Positions 19,093-29,396 of a DNA stretch of 50,013 nucleotides are shown here, piece by piece (the stretch's first letter is position 1; each line of letters opens with the position of its first letter). The stretch spans positions 1 through 50,013 of the forward strand of contig VGYT01000003.1 in assembly GCA_016872895.1 (NCBI GenBank), read 5' to 3'. The position numbers were made by a program, and so were the translations under genes. This stretch comes from Planctomycetota bacterium. Lineage in GTDB: Bacteria > Planctomycetota > Phycisphaerae > FEN-1346. The notes beneath the pieces were generated by a model. It ran no database searches. It saw only the letters and a list, made by a program, of their open reading frames with translations, and was not told the DNA's origin.

Positions 19093-21834
19093 TTATTCGC
19101 CCTTGAACTCGTACGCCCCGATGTCGGTGGCTTTGCCCTGCGGGCGCACCGTGCCGTCCTTGTCGGCGGCGACCTCCTTCAGTGCGGCGCCGGCGTTGAT
19201 GGCCGGGCTGCCGGGCCGCAGGCGGGCATCGCCCGGCCCAATCAGGCCCGGATCAACGTATCTCGAATGGGCCTCGCCGGCAGCCTTCTGATACTCCGCA
19301 AACGTCGTGTACTCCTTGCCGGCGTGCTGCCACTTCGCCGATCCGCTCGTGCTCCAGTAGATGTTGTAGTCCAGCGCCTTCTGGGGCATTGCTTCCGCCG
19401 GCCAGTCGATGGACTGTTCGCAGTCCACGAAGATATTGTTGCGAACGTCGTTGTCCTTACTTTGCGGGCCGAAGCCGACGGCGACCGGGCAGCCGACCAG
19501 CGTGTTGTGGAAAACGAGGTTGGCGGACTGGGGCATGCTGATGGCCCGCTTCTTCCCCTCGCCGTAGAAGACGTTGTTGTACACCCAGTTCTCGTCCCGG
19601 GCCCAGAGGATCAGGTTGCTTTCGTATCTCTTTCGCGGGGTGTTGTCCCAGAACGGCACGGGCTTGCGGAAGGTGTTTCCGTAGATGCGGAAGCCGTCCT
19701 TGCCGGCGCTGCCGCCACCGGCGTACTGGTGGACAGCCGCCCCGCTGATCTCCTCGAACACATTGTGGCGCACCACCACTCCCGGCAGGCTCCCGTACAT
19801 GGCGTGGTTGAACTTGGTCGAGCCGATCTTCTGGAATGTGTTGCTTTCGATCACGCAGTTCTCGGGTATGGGAAGGATGCCCTGGCTGGCGATCGAGCGG
19901 ATGACACAATTGCGGATGGTGATATCGTGGGTCGGGCGATGCAAATGGAACCCGCGAAAGCCGTACTCAAGCGTCAGGCCGTCGAAGATGGTGTGATGGC
20001 AGGAGATCAGTCCGATGATGTTCACCGACGCGGTCCGCATGTCGGAGTTCTTGGGATCGGAGCCGTCCGCCAGCCAGACGTACACGGTCGAGGCGTCCTT
20101 ATCCTCGTAAAATGAGTTCGGATACATCTGATCGGCCGACGGCACGGGGTGATTCGGCCCGTGGCCAACCAACGGCAGTCCGTTGCAGAAGACGTTCAGG
20201 ACACCGGCCTTCGGGTCATAGGGCATGGAGTAGATGGCGCCCTTGACATGTTTCCAACTCGCGGGAGGGACGACCTCGCCGGCCGTCAACACCACCTCGC
20301 CGTCGCCGTACGCCTTGTAAGTGATGGGGGCCTCCTTGGTGCCGGCCTTGCTGAAGGTGAAGGCCGACTGGCTGGGGCCGGTCCTCGAATACACGCCGGC
20401 CCTGATGCGGACCGTGTCGCCCCGCTCGACGGAGTCGGCCGCCTTCTTGAGCGTTGCCCAGGGGCGATCTTCGGTTCCGGGATTGTCGTCATTTCCGTTG
20501 GGCGCGACGAAGTAGGTGACCGGATCGCGCGGCGGCAACGGCTGTTCTATTTCCGTCGGGTCGTTGGCAACGAAGGCCCCGACCTGGAATTCCGGCCGCC
20601 GCGCCCAGGACTCGGGGGCGCGGGGACGCGCTACGCCGTCCTTGCCCGCCTCCATCACGGCGCCGACGCCGGCCGGAACGGGGCTGCCGTCCTTCAGACG
20701 GAAGTCGCCCTTCTCCGGATCGACGAACATCGGATCGCCCTCGGTGAAGTTGTTGGATACGACCGGATCAGTGTTGGTTGCGGCGCGAGCCCCGCCTCGT
20801 CCGCCCGTCGCGCCGCCTCGTCCGGTCGGCTGGCCACCCCTTTCGGTGCTCTTGTCTCCCTGTTCGGGTTTCCTATCCCCGAACTCTGCAATCCCGCTGT
20901 TTCCGCCGACAATGATGTTGTTCTTGATCTCGGCGTTTGCAGTGTACTGGACATCGAGCCCCAACTTATTGTTGTGGAGGGTGTTGTTGTAGAACTTGGT
21001 GCCCGCGCCGCGGACCCAGCAGCCGATGGGATTGTCGGTAAAGACGTTATTGTAAGCCACGTTGCGGTTCCCGGTGCCGATGATTCCTCCCGCGGTCTCG
21101 TTGTGGTGCGAGTAATTGTTGCGGATGATGCTGTTGTCGGCGCGCTTGGGAGCCGTTGCGTAGATGTGGATGCCGAACCCCTTATTGTAGGAGAACTCGC
21201 AGCCGTCGATGACGTTGTTGTCCGTGCCGGTGTAAATGCCGTGGTGCAGGCGGGTCGTGCCGTTGTGGTGGACCTTCAGGTTGATGAACTCGCACTGATT
21301 GCCCGACGACAGGACGCCGGAACAGTAGCCGTTCGTCATCGTGCAATTCTCGACGCGGATGTGGTGCGGCACCGGGTCGCTGCCCCAGATCACCAGCGTG
21401 TGCTGGTGGATCTTGGCGTCGCCGTTGTGCCCGTCGAGGATCAGCCCCCGCAGCGTGATGTAACATTTCCCCTTGATGCTGACGACGCTGTCCTGACTCG
21501 TACCCGATTGCGGGGCGGGCCGGATGGTAACAACCTCATCCTTATAGTTCGACACCGTGACGCGGGCCTCGGGCGCGCCCGAGGGGATGGTGTCTTTGGG
21601 ATATTCGGCGTAGGCGCCGCCGCGGATGTAAAGCGTGTCGCCGGGCTTCAGTTGCTGCGTGGCATGGATGAGCGTCAGCCACGGCGAATCGATCGTCCCC
21701 TTGTTGGCGTCGTTTCCGCCATCGGCCAGACCATCGCCGCCCTTGTCATCGACATAGTAGTCGGCGGCAGGCGCCGGCGCGGCAAGGCAGAACATCAGCG
21801 ACAGCGCGGTTAAGGCAATCGCTCTCACGTACAT
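19093..21834 (-). CDS. Secreted protein with two DUF1565/right-handed beta-helix modules (pectate-lyase-like fold)
   Basis: Signal peptide; two 'Y.V...G.D.N.GT...PW.T' starts; Asn-rich beta-helix repeats; DIGAYE end. Confidence 0.85.
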   Translation of the reverse strand: MYVRAIALTALSLMFCLAAPAPAADYYVDDKGGDGLADGGNDANKGTIDSPWLTLIHATQQLKPGDTLYIRGGAYAEYPKDTIPSGAPEARVTVSNYKDEVVTIRPAPQSGTSQDSVVSIKGKCYITLRGLILDGHNGDAKIHQHTLVIWGSDPVPHHIRVENCTMTNGYCSGVLSSGNQCEFINLKVHHNGTTRLHHGIYTGTDNNVIDGCEFSYNKGFGIHIYATAPKRADNSIIRNNYSHHNETAGGIIGTGNRNVAYNNVFTDNPIGCWVRGAGTKFYNNTLHNNKLGLDVQYTANAEIKNNIIVGGNSGIAEFGDRKPEQGDKSTERGGQPTGRGGATGGRGGARAATNTDPVVSNNFTEGDPMFVDPEKGDFRLKDGSPVPAGVGAVMEAGKDGVARPRAPESWARRPEFQVGAFVANDPTEIEQPLPPRDPVTYFVAPNGNDDNPGTEDRPWATLKKAADSVERGDTVRIRAGVYSRTGPSQSAFTFSKAGTKEAPITYKAYGDGEVVLTAGEVVPPASWKHVKGAIYSMPYDPKAGVLNVFCNGLPLVGHGPNHPVPSADQMYPNSFYEDKDASTVYVWLADGSDPKNSDMRTASVNIIGLISCHHTIFDGLTLEYGFRGFHLHRPTHDITIRNCVIRSIASQGILPIPENCVIESNTFQKIGSTKFNHAMYGSLPGVVVRHNVFEEISGAAVHQYAGGGSAGKDGFRIYGNTFRKPVPFWDNTPRKRYESNLILWARDENWVYNNVFYGEGKKRAISMPQSANLVFHNTLVGCPVAVGFGPQSKDNDVRNNIFVDCEQSIDWPAEAMPQKALDYNIYWSTSGSAKWQHAGKEYTTFAEYQKAAGEAHSRYVDPGLIGPGDARLRPGSPAINAGAALKEVAADKDGTVRPQGKATDIGAYEFKGE

Positions 21835-21857
21835 GGCACTGCGCTCCTAAACAGGGT

Positions 21858-21971
21858 TCATTCGGGGGCGACAGGCACGCGCAGGGATTTCACAACGCCC
21901 TCGTCCGCATCGCTCCAAGCCTGCGGAACGAAGTTCGGTGCCGAATAGCGCGGCACAGAGAGTCTGGGCAT
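21858..21971 (-). other. 37-aa small ORF or deletion remnant inside the operon
   Basis: Strong RBS GGAGGAG precedes ATG 21971; MPRLSVPRYSAPNFVPQAWSDADEGVVKSLRVPVAPE*. Confidence 0.35.
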
Positions 21972-22058
21972 GGCACGGAGCTCCTCCATCGTAAACTCCG
22001 CGACGACCGGAGTCGGGCCTTCCCATCGACCAGCGAGAGAAGTCGTTTGACGGAGAAC

Positions 22059-23087
22059 TCATTCTTTTGATCCCGCGGGCGACGTTTTCGTGGCGCTCTT
22101 GCCTCTGATTCTGATAGGCTCCGCGTAGGTCGATGCAGGCGGCTTCCGCACTTCCTCAAGCGTCACTTCCGCCCCGCTGCGCTCTCTGCTGAACTGGGCG
22201 GCAACCATGAACTCGATGATCTCGACGGCCACCTCCGGCTCGACGGGCGGCTTGCCGGTGTGGAAGAACTCCGCAGTCGCCCGTATCAGGGCGTCGTAGA
22301 CGCCGCCGCTGTCAACGTAGTCGGCCTTGCCGTCCGTGCCGACGACCTGGATTCTCGGGGCCTTATCCCCCATTTTCGTGGCGCCGACGATGCCAAGCCG
22401 CCCGTCCTTCCACTTGCCGACGTAACCTTCTTCCGTCTTCGTCACGCTGATGCACCCCGTCCCCATCACCGTGAACAGCATCTCATTCTCGTGGATGCCG
22501 TAAGCGCCGTTCATCAGGCCGGGCCCGCCGCGAGGCATCTGGACCTTCAGGACCTTTCCCACGCCCGGATTGTCGCGCAGTTGCGCCAGGTTGCCGCGGA
22601 ACCGCATCGTCGAGGAACTGAAGTACGGCGTTCCCGTCTGTTTCGACAGTTCCATGATGGCATGGGCGTCGGCCACGGTGGCGGCCAGGGGCTTGTCGAT
22701 GAACAATCGCTTGCCGGCCTTGAAGACCGGCGTTGCCTGCGCGAGGTGCGGCCGGCCGTCAACGCTATGTAGATGAACCACATCCACCCTTTTGAGCAGT
22801 TCCTCGATGGAATCGACGAACTCGACGCCGTTTTCCCGCACCTTCGCGGAAATCCCCTCTATGCGGTCGGCGCTGAAAGGCATATCGGGGCTGCCGCCCT
22901 TGTAGGCCACTACGGTCTTGATTCGCCACTCCGGATGGCCCTTGAACGCGCCCGAGAATGCCACCGCGTGGCCGTTGTCCGTGCCGATGATGCCCGCTCG
23001 AAGGTCCTTGGTCGCCCACGAGGGCGACTCGGCCGCACACGCTGCCGAAGCGGCGAGCAGGGCCCACACAAGCGCACAGATTCTCAC
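22059..23087 (-). CDS. Secreted Gfo/Idh/MocA oxidoreductase
   Basis: Signal peptide, GIIGTDNGHA, SVDGRPH, FIDKPLA, YGIH; RBS AAGGAG. Confidence 0.85.
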   Translation of the reverse strand: MRICALVWALLAASAACAAESPSWATKDLRAGIIGTDNGHAVAFSGAFKGHPEWRIKTVVAYKGGSPDMPFSADRIEGISAKVRENGVEFVDSIEELLKRVDVVHLHSVDGRPHLAQATPVFKAGKRLFIDKPLAATVADAHAIMELSKQTGTPYFSSSTMRFRGNLAQLRDNPGVGKVLKVQMPRGGPGLMNGAYGIHENEMLFTVMGTGCISVTKTEEGYVGKWKDGRLGIVGATKMGDKAPRIQVVGTDGKADYVDSGGVYDALIRATAEFFHTGKPPVEPEVAVEIIEFMVAAQFSRERSGAEVTLEEVRKPPASTYAEPIRIRGKSATKTSPAGSKE

Positions 23088-23135
23088 GGTTCTCTCCTTT
23101 CACAAGAAACCGTCAAACCCTGTCTTATCCGGCTT

Positions 23136-24632
23136 CTACTTCGCATTCGCTCGGTATTCATACGCCCCGATGTCGCAGGCGGCGCCCTGCGGCCGGGCGG
23201 CGCCGTCCTTGTCGGCGGCGACCTCTTTCAGCGCGACGCCGGCGTCGATGGCCGGGCTGCCCGCCTTCAGGTGCGCATCGGCTGGACCCGCAAGGAGGGG
23301 ATCAACGCAGCGCGAATGAGTCTCGCCGGCGGCCTTCTGATACTCGTCGAACGTCAGATACGCGGCCCCGTCGCGCTCCCACCTGGGCGCCCCGGAGGCG
23401 TTGTAGTAAAGGTTGTAGTCCAGCGTCTGAGGCATCGCGTTGGCGGGCCAGATCAGGAAAGACCTCGGAGCATCCTGAACGATGTTGTTCAGCACACGGT
23501 TCCCCGCCTTGCCATTGTGGAATGAGACGGCACTCCTGGAACCTATGAAGGTGTTGTGGGTGACAAGGTTGTTGACCGAATTCAGGCTGATGCCGGCGCG
23601 CTTCCCCTCGCCGTAGAAGACGTTGTTGAAGATCCTGTTGCCGCCTTCGCCCCACGCGATGATGTCAACGTAGTAGGCGCCGCCGGAAGGACTGGATCGC
23701 TGGGTCATGCGTCGGGGCTTGCGGAAGACGTTGCCCGAGAACTCGCAGCCCCCGCCCGCCGGCGGTTCGCCCTGGTGGAACTGATGGATGCCCGCCCCCG
23801 CGATCTCCTCAAACACGTTGTTGCGGATGATGGTCCCCGGCCGCGAGCCGTAGATGCCGTGCTCGTACTTATTGGAGCCGATCATCTGGAACAGGTTGTT
23901 CTCGATGACGCAGTCCCCGGCCACCGGCTGTATGCCCTGGGAGGCGATGGAACGGATGATGCATCTTCTAATGGTGATATGGTGGGTCGTTTTGCCCTGG
24001 TCCTTGATCCCGTTGAAGCCGTACTCCACGGCCAGGCCGTCGAAGACGCTGTAGTGGCATTCGCGCAGGCTGATCACGTGCCCCGGCGCGACCCGCATCC
24101 GGGAGTTTTTCGGGTCCGAGCCGTCCTCGAGCCACACGTAAAGCGTCTGGCCCGACACGTAGAAAGAGTTTGGAATCATATCATCAACCGAGAATATTGT
24201 GGCCCGGTCGCCCGGCGCGTGCAGCGGCGCGGCGTTGCGGAACGCGGCCACGGCCCCCCGGCTGATGGGGGTGGAGTAGATACTGCCCTTCACGTGCGTC
24301 CAGCCGTCGGCCGGGAGCGCCGACGAATTGGTGATTCGCACCTCGCCGTCGCCGTACGCCTGGTAGGTGATGGGCTTCTCCGCCGTGCCGGCCTGCCTGA
24401 CGGTCAGCGTCGGCCCGACGAAGTACTCGCCCGCCTTGATCCGCACCGTGTCGCCCTCTTGAACGGACGCCACAGCCTTCTGGAGCGTTTTCCACGGCGC
24501 CGCCTCCGTGCCGGGGTTGGAGTCGTTGCCCCCCGGCGCCACGACGTAGGTGGCGGCAATGGCCGCGTGGCCCGAAGCCAGCAGGAAGAGAATCACGGGC
24601 AGTACTGTGCAAACTGGGGTTCTTTTCAGCAT
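23136..24632 (-). CDS. Secreted DUF1565/right-handed beta-helix protein, paralogous to the C-terminal half of 19093-21834
   Basis: YVVAPGGNDSNPGTEAAPWKT, CIIRSIASQGI, KEVAADKDG..RPQG..CDIGAYE. Confidence 0.85.
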   Translation of the reverse strand: MLKRTPVCTVLPVILFLLASGHAAIAATYVVAPGGNDSNPGTEAAPWKTLQKAVASVQEGDTVRIKAGEYFVGPTLTVRQAGTAEKPITYQAYGDGEVRITNSSALPADGWTHVKGSIYSTPISRGAVAAFRNAAPLHAPGDRATIFSVDDMIPNSFYVSGQTLYVWLEDGSDPKNSRMRVAPGHVISLRECHYSVFDGLAVEYGFNGIKDQGKTTHHITIRRCIIRSIASQGIQPVAGDCVIENNLFQMIGSNKYEHGIYGSRPGTIIRNNVFEEIAGAGIHQFHQGEPPAGGGCEFSGNVFRKPRRMTQRSSPSGGAYYVDIIAWGEGGNRIFNNVFYGEGKRAGISLNSVNNLVTHNTFIGSRSAVSFHNGKAGNRVLNNIVQDAPRSFLIWPANAMPQTLDYNLYYNASGAPRWERDGAAYLTFDEYQKAAGETHSRCVDPLLAGPADAHLKAGSPAIDAGVALKEVAADKDGAARPQGAACDIGAYEYRANAK

Positions 24633-24732
24633 GGCACGTCCTCCTTACCCGGCTTCGTCCCACTGCCGCCGCCATCGGCAGGAGAATCCAGGGTCGCCTG
24701 GTTGTCTCCCTGCGCAGGGTCAAGCAGGGTCT

Positions 24733-25471
24733 TCATTCGTTTTCCTTCCCGGCGCGTATGGCCACCCGATGGCGGCCGACGCCCGGTGGAATTGCGATGG
24801 TCGCGGCCTGCCGCCGGATGAATTCCAGGGCGGCCTCCGTGACAATCTCGCAAGGCTCTCCTTGGAAGGTCTGCGGGGGGCCGCCGCTACGGCTGAGCGG
24901 CGGGTCGAGATCAAACCAGTTGTCATGCGAGAGGCTCTCGTCTAATCCCAAGGCCCCCGGACAGAGGGGCGACTCGGCCTTGACCGGGCCGACGTGCCAC
25001 TTGCCGAAATGGCCCGTGGCGTAACCGGCGGTCTTAAGGACCTTCCCGATCGTGACCTCTTCGGGCCGGATCGACATATTGGCCTGGAAGCATCCGTAGC
25101 GGTTGGGGTGCCGGCCCGTGAGCACGCTTCCGCGCGTGGGCGAGCACTGCGGATGGGCCGCGTAGAAGCGGTTGAAGCGCAGCCCCGACGCCGCCATCGC
25201 GTCCAATTCGGGCGTCTTGAGGACCTTGCGTCCGTTGTAACTGGTGTCGCCCCAGCCCTGGTCGTCGCTCATGCAAAGGACGATGTTGGGGCGCCCTTGC
25301 AGCAGATCGGCGGTGGCCGCAACAGCAGGCGAAGCGGATGCTCCCAAGGCGAAAGCCCCGGAAACCGAGAAGGGGACAATCGCAGGCGCGGAGCATAGGG
25401 CCGCTGCTCCGCATGCAGCCCGCTTGAGAAACTCCCGACGAGTCGCCGCTGCCCGCCCACTTTGGGTGCAT
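24733..25471 (-). pseudogene. Tat sulfatase pseudogene (frameshift near the start, truncated near 24800)
   Basis: ATG 25471 is one base out of frame with TRREFLK. PNIVLCMSDDQGWGD, CSPTR and GKWH are present; the C-terminal half is missing. Confidence 0.85.
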
Positions 25472-25534
25472 ATAGTTATCTCTTTTCCTCCGATCCAAGG
25501 TTGGCGATGGATTGCCGTTTATCGCGCGGCGGGT

Positions 25535-25728
25535 CTGCAAACGCCGGCACGTGGGAGGCGTCGGCGCCGATGACGCCCGCGCGAAGGTCTTTGGCCGCCC
25601 ACGAAGGCAGCGCCGGCGGGCGCGGACTCGGAGGCCGATGAGCACCGGCAGGCCCCGATGCCTGCGGCGCCGAGCGCGAGCGCGCCGGGCAGGAACTCCC
25701 GGCGCGCGGGCGGGTCCGGAAGGGCCAT
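25535..25728 (-). pseudogene. Remnant of a Tat Gfo/Idh/MocA gene paralogous to 22059-23087
   Basis: ARREFL signal, then a frameshift to PSWAAKDLRAGVIGADASHVPAFA (compare PSWATKDLRAGIIGTDNGHAVAFS). Confidence 0.65.
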
Positions 25729-25735
25729 TGTGTGC

Positions 25736-26989
25736 CTATCCTTCGCGGATTTCGCGTTTCGCGGCGTCGTATACCTGCCTGCGGCCGGTGTCGGACGCCT
25801 TCACCGCCATGATGCAGGCCACGGAGTGCTGGTATCCGGCATCGATCGGGGCGAGGCCGGCCTTGCGGCTGCGGATGCACTGGAGCCATTCCTGGAAGTG
25901 GTTGGTCATCTCCACAGGATTCACGGGGTTGCGGCCGCGGATGACGCCCTTGTTCCTGCTGCCGCCCTCGGCCGTCAGGTAAGCCTCGCTGCTCCAACTG
26001 GGTATGTCAAGCGTGCCCTGGTCGCCGAAGAACTTGAAACTCCGGCCGGCGCTGTTCGAGAGATTCTGGGAGTAGTTGACCATGAAGCCTTCGGGGTAAA
26101 TCCACGAGGCCTCGACCTGGTCAGGGCACGTGAACTTGTGCTCATCTTTCCACACGAAGACACCGCCCTGGCAGACGGCGCTCGTCGGGAACTTGGCGCC
26201 CGTGATGTAGTGCACCAGGTCGATGTAGTGGACGCCCTGCTGCGGCACGGGGCCGTCGCAGAACTCGCGGTATCCGTACCAGCCGGTCAGCAGTTCGGCG
26301 CTGAACGGCCGCATGGGCAGGTCCGCCAGGAACTCGGGCCAGTCAACGTCCTTCTCCTGGGCATCCTTCAGGTAGTGGTACCACCAGGGCTGCCCGGCGT
26401 TGCGGGCCTGCTCGACGCGGTGGACCTTGCCCAGGATGCCGGTCTTGTAGAGTTCGCGGCAACCGGCCAGAATCGGAACAGCCCTCAGTTGCGTGCCGAC
26501 CTGGCAGACGACGCCGGCGGCCTTGACGGCGTCGCAGGCCGACTTCAGTTTCTCCATGTCCCTTCCGACGGGCTTCTCGACGTAGACGTCCTTGCCGGCC
26601 TTGGCGGCGGCCTCAAGTTGCGTCGTGTGCACGTGGTCGGGCGAGGCGATCATGACCGCGTCCACGTCCTTGAGGGCCAGGACATCGCGGTACGAGGTGA
26701 ACTGGCGGGCTTCGCGGCCGTACCATTCCTTGACCAGGGCGGCCGCGTTTTCGCGCGCCACGCGCCACGGATCGCACACGGCCGTGAACTCCACCTTCTC
26801 CTCTTTGTCGAACTTGTGGACCTCCGCCATGTGCGTGCCCACGCCGCGGACGCCGCAGCCGATGAGGCCGAGCGAGATCCTCTCGTTCGCTCCGACTATG
26901 CGGCCGTAACTGGCTGCCGACATGGCGAGCGTCGCGGCGGTCGCCGTGGCGCCTTTCAGGAAACGGCGGCGGGAGCAGGTATCCGGCAC
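25736..26989 (-). CDS. Tat-exported Gfo/Idh/MocA oxidoreductase
   Basis: RBS GGAGG plus GTG 26989; SRRRFLK, IGCGVRG, DVYVEKP, QVGTQ. Confidence 0.9.
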   Translation of the reverse strand: MPDTCSRRRFLKGATATAATLAMSAASYGRIVGANERISLGLIGCGVRGVGTHMAEVHKFDKEEKVEFTAVCDPWRVARENAAALVKEWYGREARQFTSYRDVLALKDVDAVMIASPDHVHTTQLEAAAKAGKDVYVEKPVGRDMEKLKSACDAVKAAGVVCQVGTQLRAVPILAGCRELYKTGILGKVHRVEQARNAGQPWWYHYLKDAQEKDVDWPEFLADLPMRPFSAELLTGWYGYREFCDGPVPQQGVHYIDLVHYITGAKFPTSAVCQGGVFVWKDEHKFTCPDQVEASWIYPEGFMVNYSQNLSNSAGRSFKFFGDQGTLDIPSWSSEAYLTAEGGSRNKGVIRGRNPVNPVEMTNHFQEWLQCIRSRKAGLAPIDAGYQHSVACIMAVKASDTGRRQVYDAAKREIREG

Positions 26990-27269
26990 GGCGAATCCTC
27001 CTCTCCAAGATTGCATGGCACGGCGCAACGGGCAATCATGCTTGCCTGATTGCAGGGACAAGTCAAGGTGAAAACGCGGGAGTGCGAAAACGCGGGACGA
27101 CCGCCTCCGACCGTGCCGGCGAGGTGCCGCCGTCCCCGGCGTCCGGCCGCGCAGCGTGGCGCCGCAGGACTACTTGCACATCGTCTTCATCGCTTCGGCG
27201 CAGCCGTAGCCGATGGCCTCCCTGATGCTACCGTCAAGAGGGCCGAGAGTCCATAACCGGGTCCACCGG

Positions 27270-27690
27270 CAACCGGGCGCCAAGTGGTTCATCCGCTCTC
27301 CATCTGTATCGCCTGAGCAGCGAGGGCGAGTTCATGGACATGGCCGACCGCCGTGCGGCCAAGCCTGTGGCGGACACCTCGATGCCTTGTCGGCGCGCCA
27401 GCGGCTCGGCACCACGGTCAAAGAACTCCGCCGCAACCTGGCACCGCGTTAGAGTGGAGAGACGCACGCGGAGCCAGGTCAGGTCCATCGCAAGACCCGA
27501 TGGAAGCCCGGAGGGTTCCACGCCGCTTGAAAACCATTTCATCGGACCGGATGGCCGGAAGTAAGTCATCTCCATGGGACCGACGACGAGCATGCAACTG
27601 GTGCGCGGCGTCTTCAACGAATGTATCCAGGCCGGCGAGATTCTCAGCCTCGACGAGGCGTTCCGCGCGAAGGTCGCGGCCGCCGGAGGT
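27270..27690 (+). pseudogene. Degenerate GH95 (alpha-L-fucosidase-like) fragments
   Basis: SPSVSPEQ, and STPLENHFIGPDGRK*VISMGPTTSMQLVRGVFNECIQAGEILSLDEAFRAKV, resemble the GH95 'PSTSPEN..SMGPTMD.QI.R.LF..CI.AA.IL..D..F' segment. Confidence 0.5.
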
Positions 27691-27736
27691 GGCGCGCCAC
27701 CAAACGCCGAGTCAAGACAAGAGTGACCGCTGGCCG

Positions 27737-28000
27737 GGCGACGGCGTAGAGCCGGTCGATGCCGCCCAGGTCAATGACCTTCCGTAGTTTGCGCATGGCC
27801 GGTCGGCCGAGGGTTGCAGCGGAGCAGCCTTCGTCGTCGAACCGCTGGCCGGTCCAACGAAGGTTCGCCTCGCCCGTGGCCCGAGCATGGTCGCGGCAGG
27901 TGATGAACTAGACTTCGCACGAACCGAGGTCGTCGATCTTCTCGACCGACTGGCGGGTGTAGATGGCGTAGCGGATCACATTGTTGGCGCGCCCCGGCAT
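27737..28000 (-). pseudogene. Serine recombinase (resolvase-domain) pseudogene, absent from the ORF track
   Basis: MPGRANNVIRYAIYTRQSVEK...SCEV*F...RFDDEGCSAATLGRPAMRKL...GGIDRL; catalytic YxRxS motif; internal TAG at 27908-27910; truncated. Confidence 0.8.
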
Positions 28001-28221
28001 GGACTGTATGCTCCTGCGGCAATCATAGGTATCGGCTGGTGCCGCGTGCCGCTTGATTCTGTTGGACTTGGCGCCACAGTTGGGCCCGGGCGGATGTGAT
28101 GCGCGGAGAGAGGTCAGCCCCTATACCAGTCTGGTGCAGCGGATTCTGCTTGACAGGGCCAAGGCTGTAAGGTATGTGTTAGGTATCCGTTGCCCAGGAC
28201 ATCGGAGACGGGAGTCGGCCA

Positions 28222-29364
28222 GTGAGAGACTTGTTCTCCGCCTCGGACGATGCCGGTTACACGCCACTGCCCGCCCCAGGATTCAGACCAGAGCGGATAG
28301 TTCTCGCGCGCGGCAGCCGGACCACGCCCGCCCGACGCATGTTGGCCGAGCGGATACGCCAAGCCTACCCGGAGGCAGAAGTCGTTGACCAAGCCGAAGT
28401 TCCGCACAACCGCGTCGACCTGGGCGAGGCCGATGCGGCTGCCGCCCTGCGGCGGGGAAAGCGGACCCTTGTGCTCGGCGAACATCGCAGTGCCGTCCGC
28501 CAGAGCCGCGAAGAGGGAAACACCTGCCCCAACTACTGGCATTTCTCACCTTACGGTTTCTGCCCTTATGGGTGCCAATACTGTTACCTGGCCGGGACGC
28601 CGGGCGTCCGTTTCTCGCCGACGGTTAAGGTCTTCCTTAACCTGCCCGAGATCCTCGCCGGAATTGACCGCATGGCGACGCGTCTGGCCGAGCCAACGGC
28701 ATTCTACCTCGGAAAACTCCAGGACGGCCTTGCCCTGGACCCGCTGACCGGCTACTCGCGGACGCTGGTTCCCTTCTTTGCGGCCCACCGCTATGCCCGG
28801 ATGGTGCTGCTGACGAAGTCCGCCAGCGTCGGGAACCTGTTGGACCTCGATCACGGGGGACACACCATCTTGTCCTGGTCGCTCAATCCGGCCGAAACAA
28901 TCACGGTCTTCGAGGCAGGCACGCCGCCCCTCGCCGAACGTATCGAGGCGATGAAGCGGTGCGCCGAAGCCGGTTACCCCGTCCGCGCGGTCGTCATGCC
29001 CATCATACCGCTACCGGGCTGGGAGGAGGCCTATAAGAGGTTTCTTGGGGAGATTCTGGCCGAAGTCCCGTTGGACCGTATCACCCTTGGCGGCATCTGC
29101 TCCTACCGGGCGGCACGGGGTCTCATGGAACACCGCCTCGGGCGGTCAAACGCCATTTCGGATGCGTTCGACCCGACCGGCCCCTCATCGGACGGCCGGT
29201 TGCGTTACCCCGCACACCTTCGGGTCAAACTGTACCGGCGTCTGATCGCGATCATCCGCAGCCGCACGCCGAACCTAAACGTCAGCCTGTGCCTCGAAGA
29301 GGCGAGCGTCTTTCAGGCGCTCGGCCTGGCAGAGGCCATCGGCCGATGCAACTGCATTTTGTGA
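28222..29364 (+). CDS. Spore-photoproduct-lyase-like radical SAM protein
   Basis: CPYGCQYCYL (CxxxCxxC), DGLALDP, LLTKS, WSLNP, ERIEAMK..AEAGYPV, LCLE. Confidence 0.8.
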   Translation: MRDLFSASDDAGYTPLPAPGFRPERIVLARGSRTTPARRMLAERIRQAYPEAEVVDQAEVPHNRVDLGEADAAAALRRGKRTLVLGEHRSAVRQSREEGNTCPNYWHFSPYGFCPYGCQYCYLAGTPGVRFSPTVKVFLNLPEILAGIDRMATRLAEPTAFYLGKLQDGLALDPLTGYSRTLVPFFAAHRYARMVLLTKSASVGNLLDLDHGGHTILSWSLNPAETITVFEAGTPPLAERIEAMKRCAEAGYPVRAVVMPIIPLPGWEEAYKRFLGEILAEVPLDRITLGGICSYRAARGLMEHRLGRSNAISDAFDPTGPSSDGRLRYPAHLRVKLYRRLIAIIRSRTPNLNVSLCLEEASVFQALGLAEAIGRCNCIL

Positions 29365-29396
29365 CTGTGGTTTATTTCAAAGCGAGGAGGTCGGCT

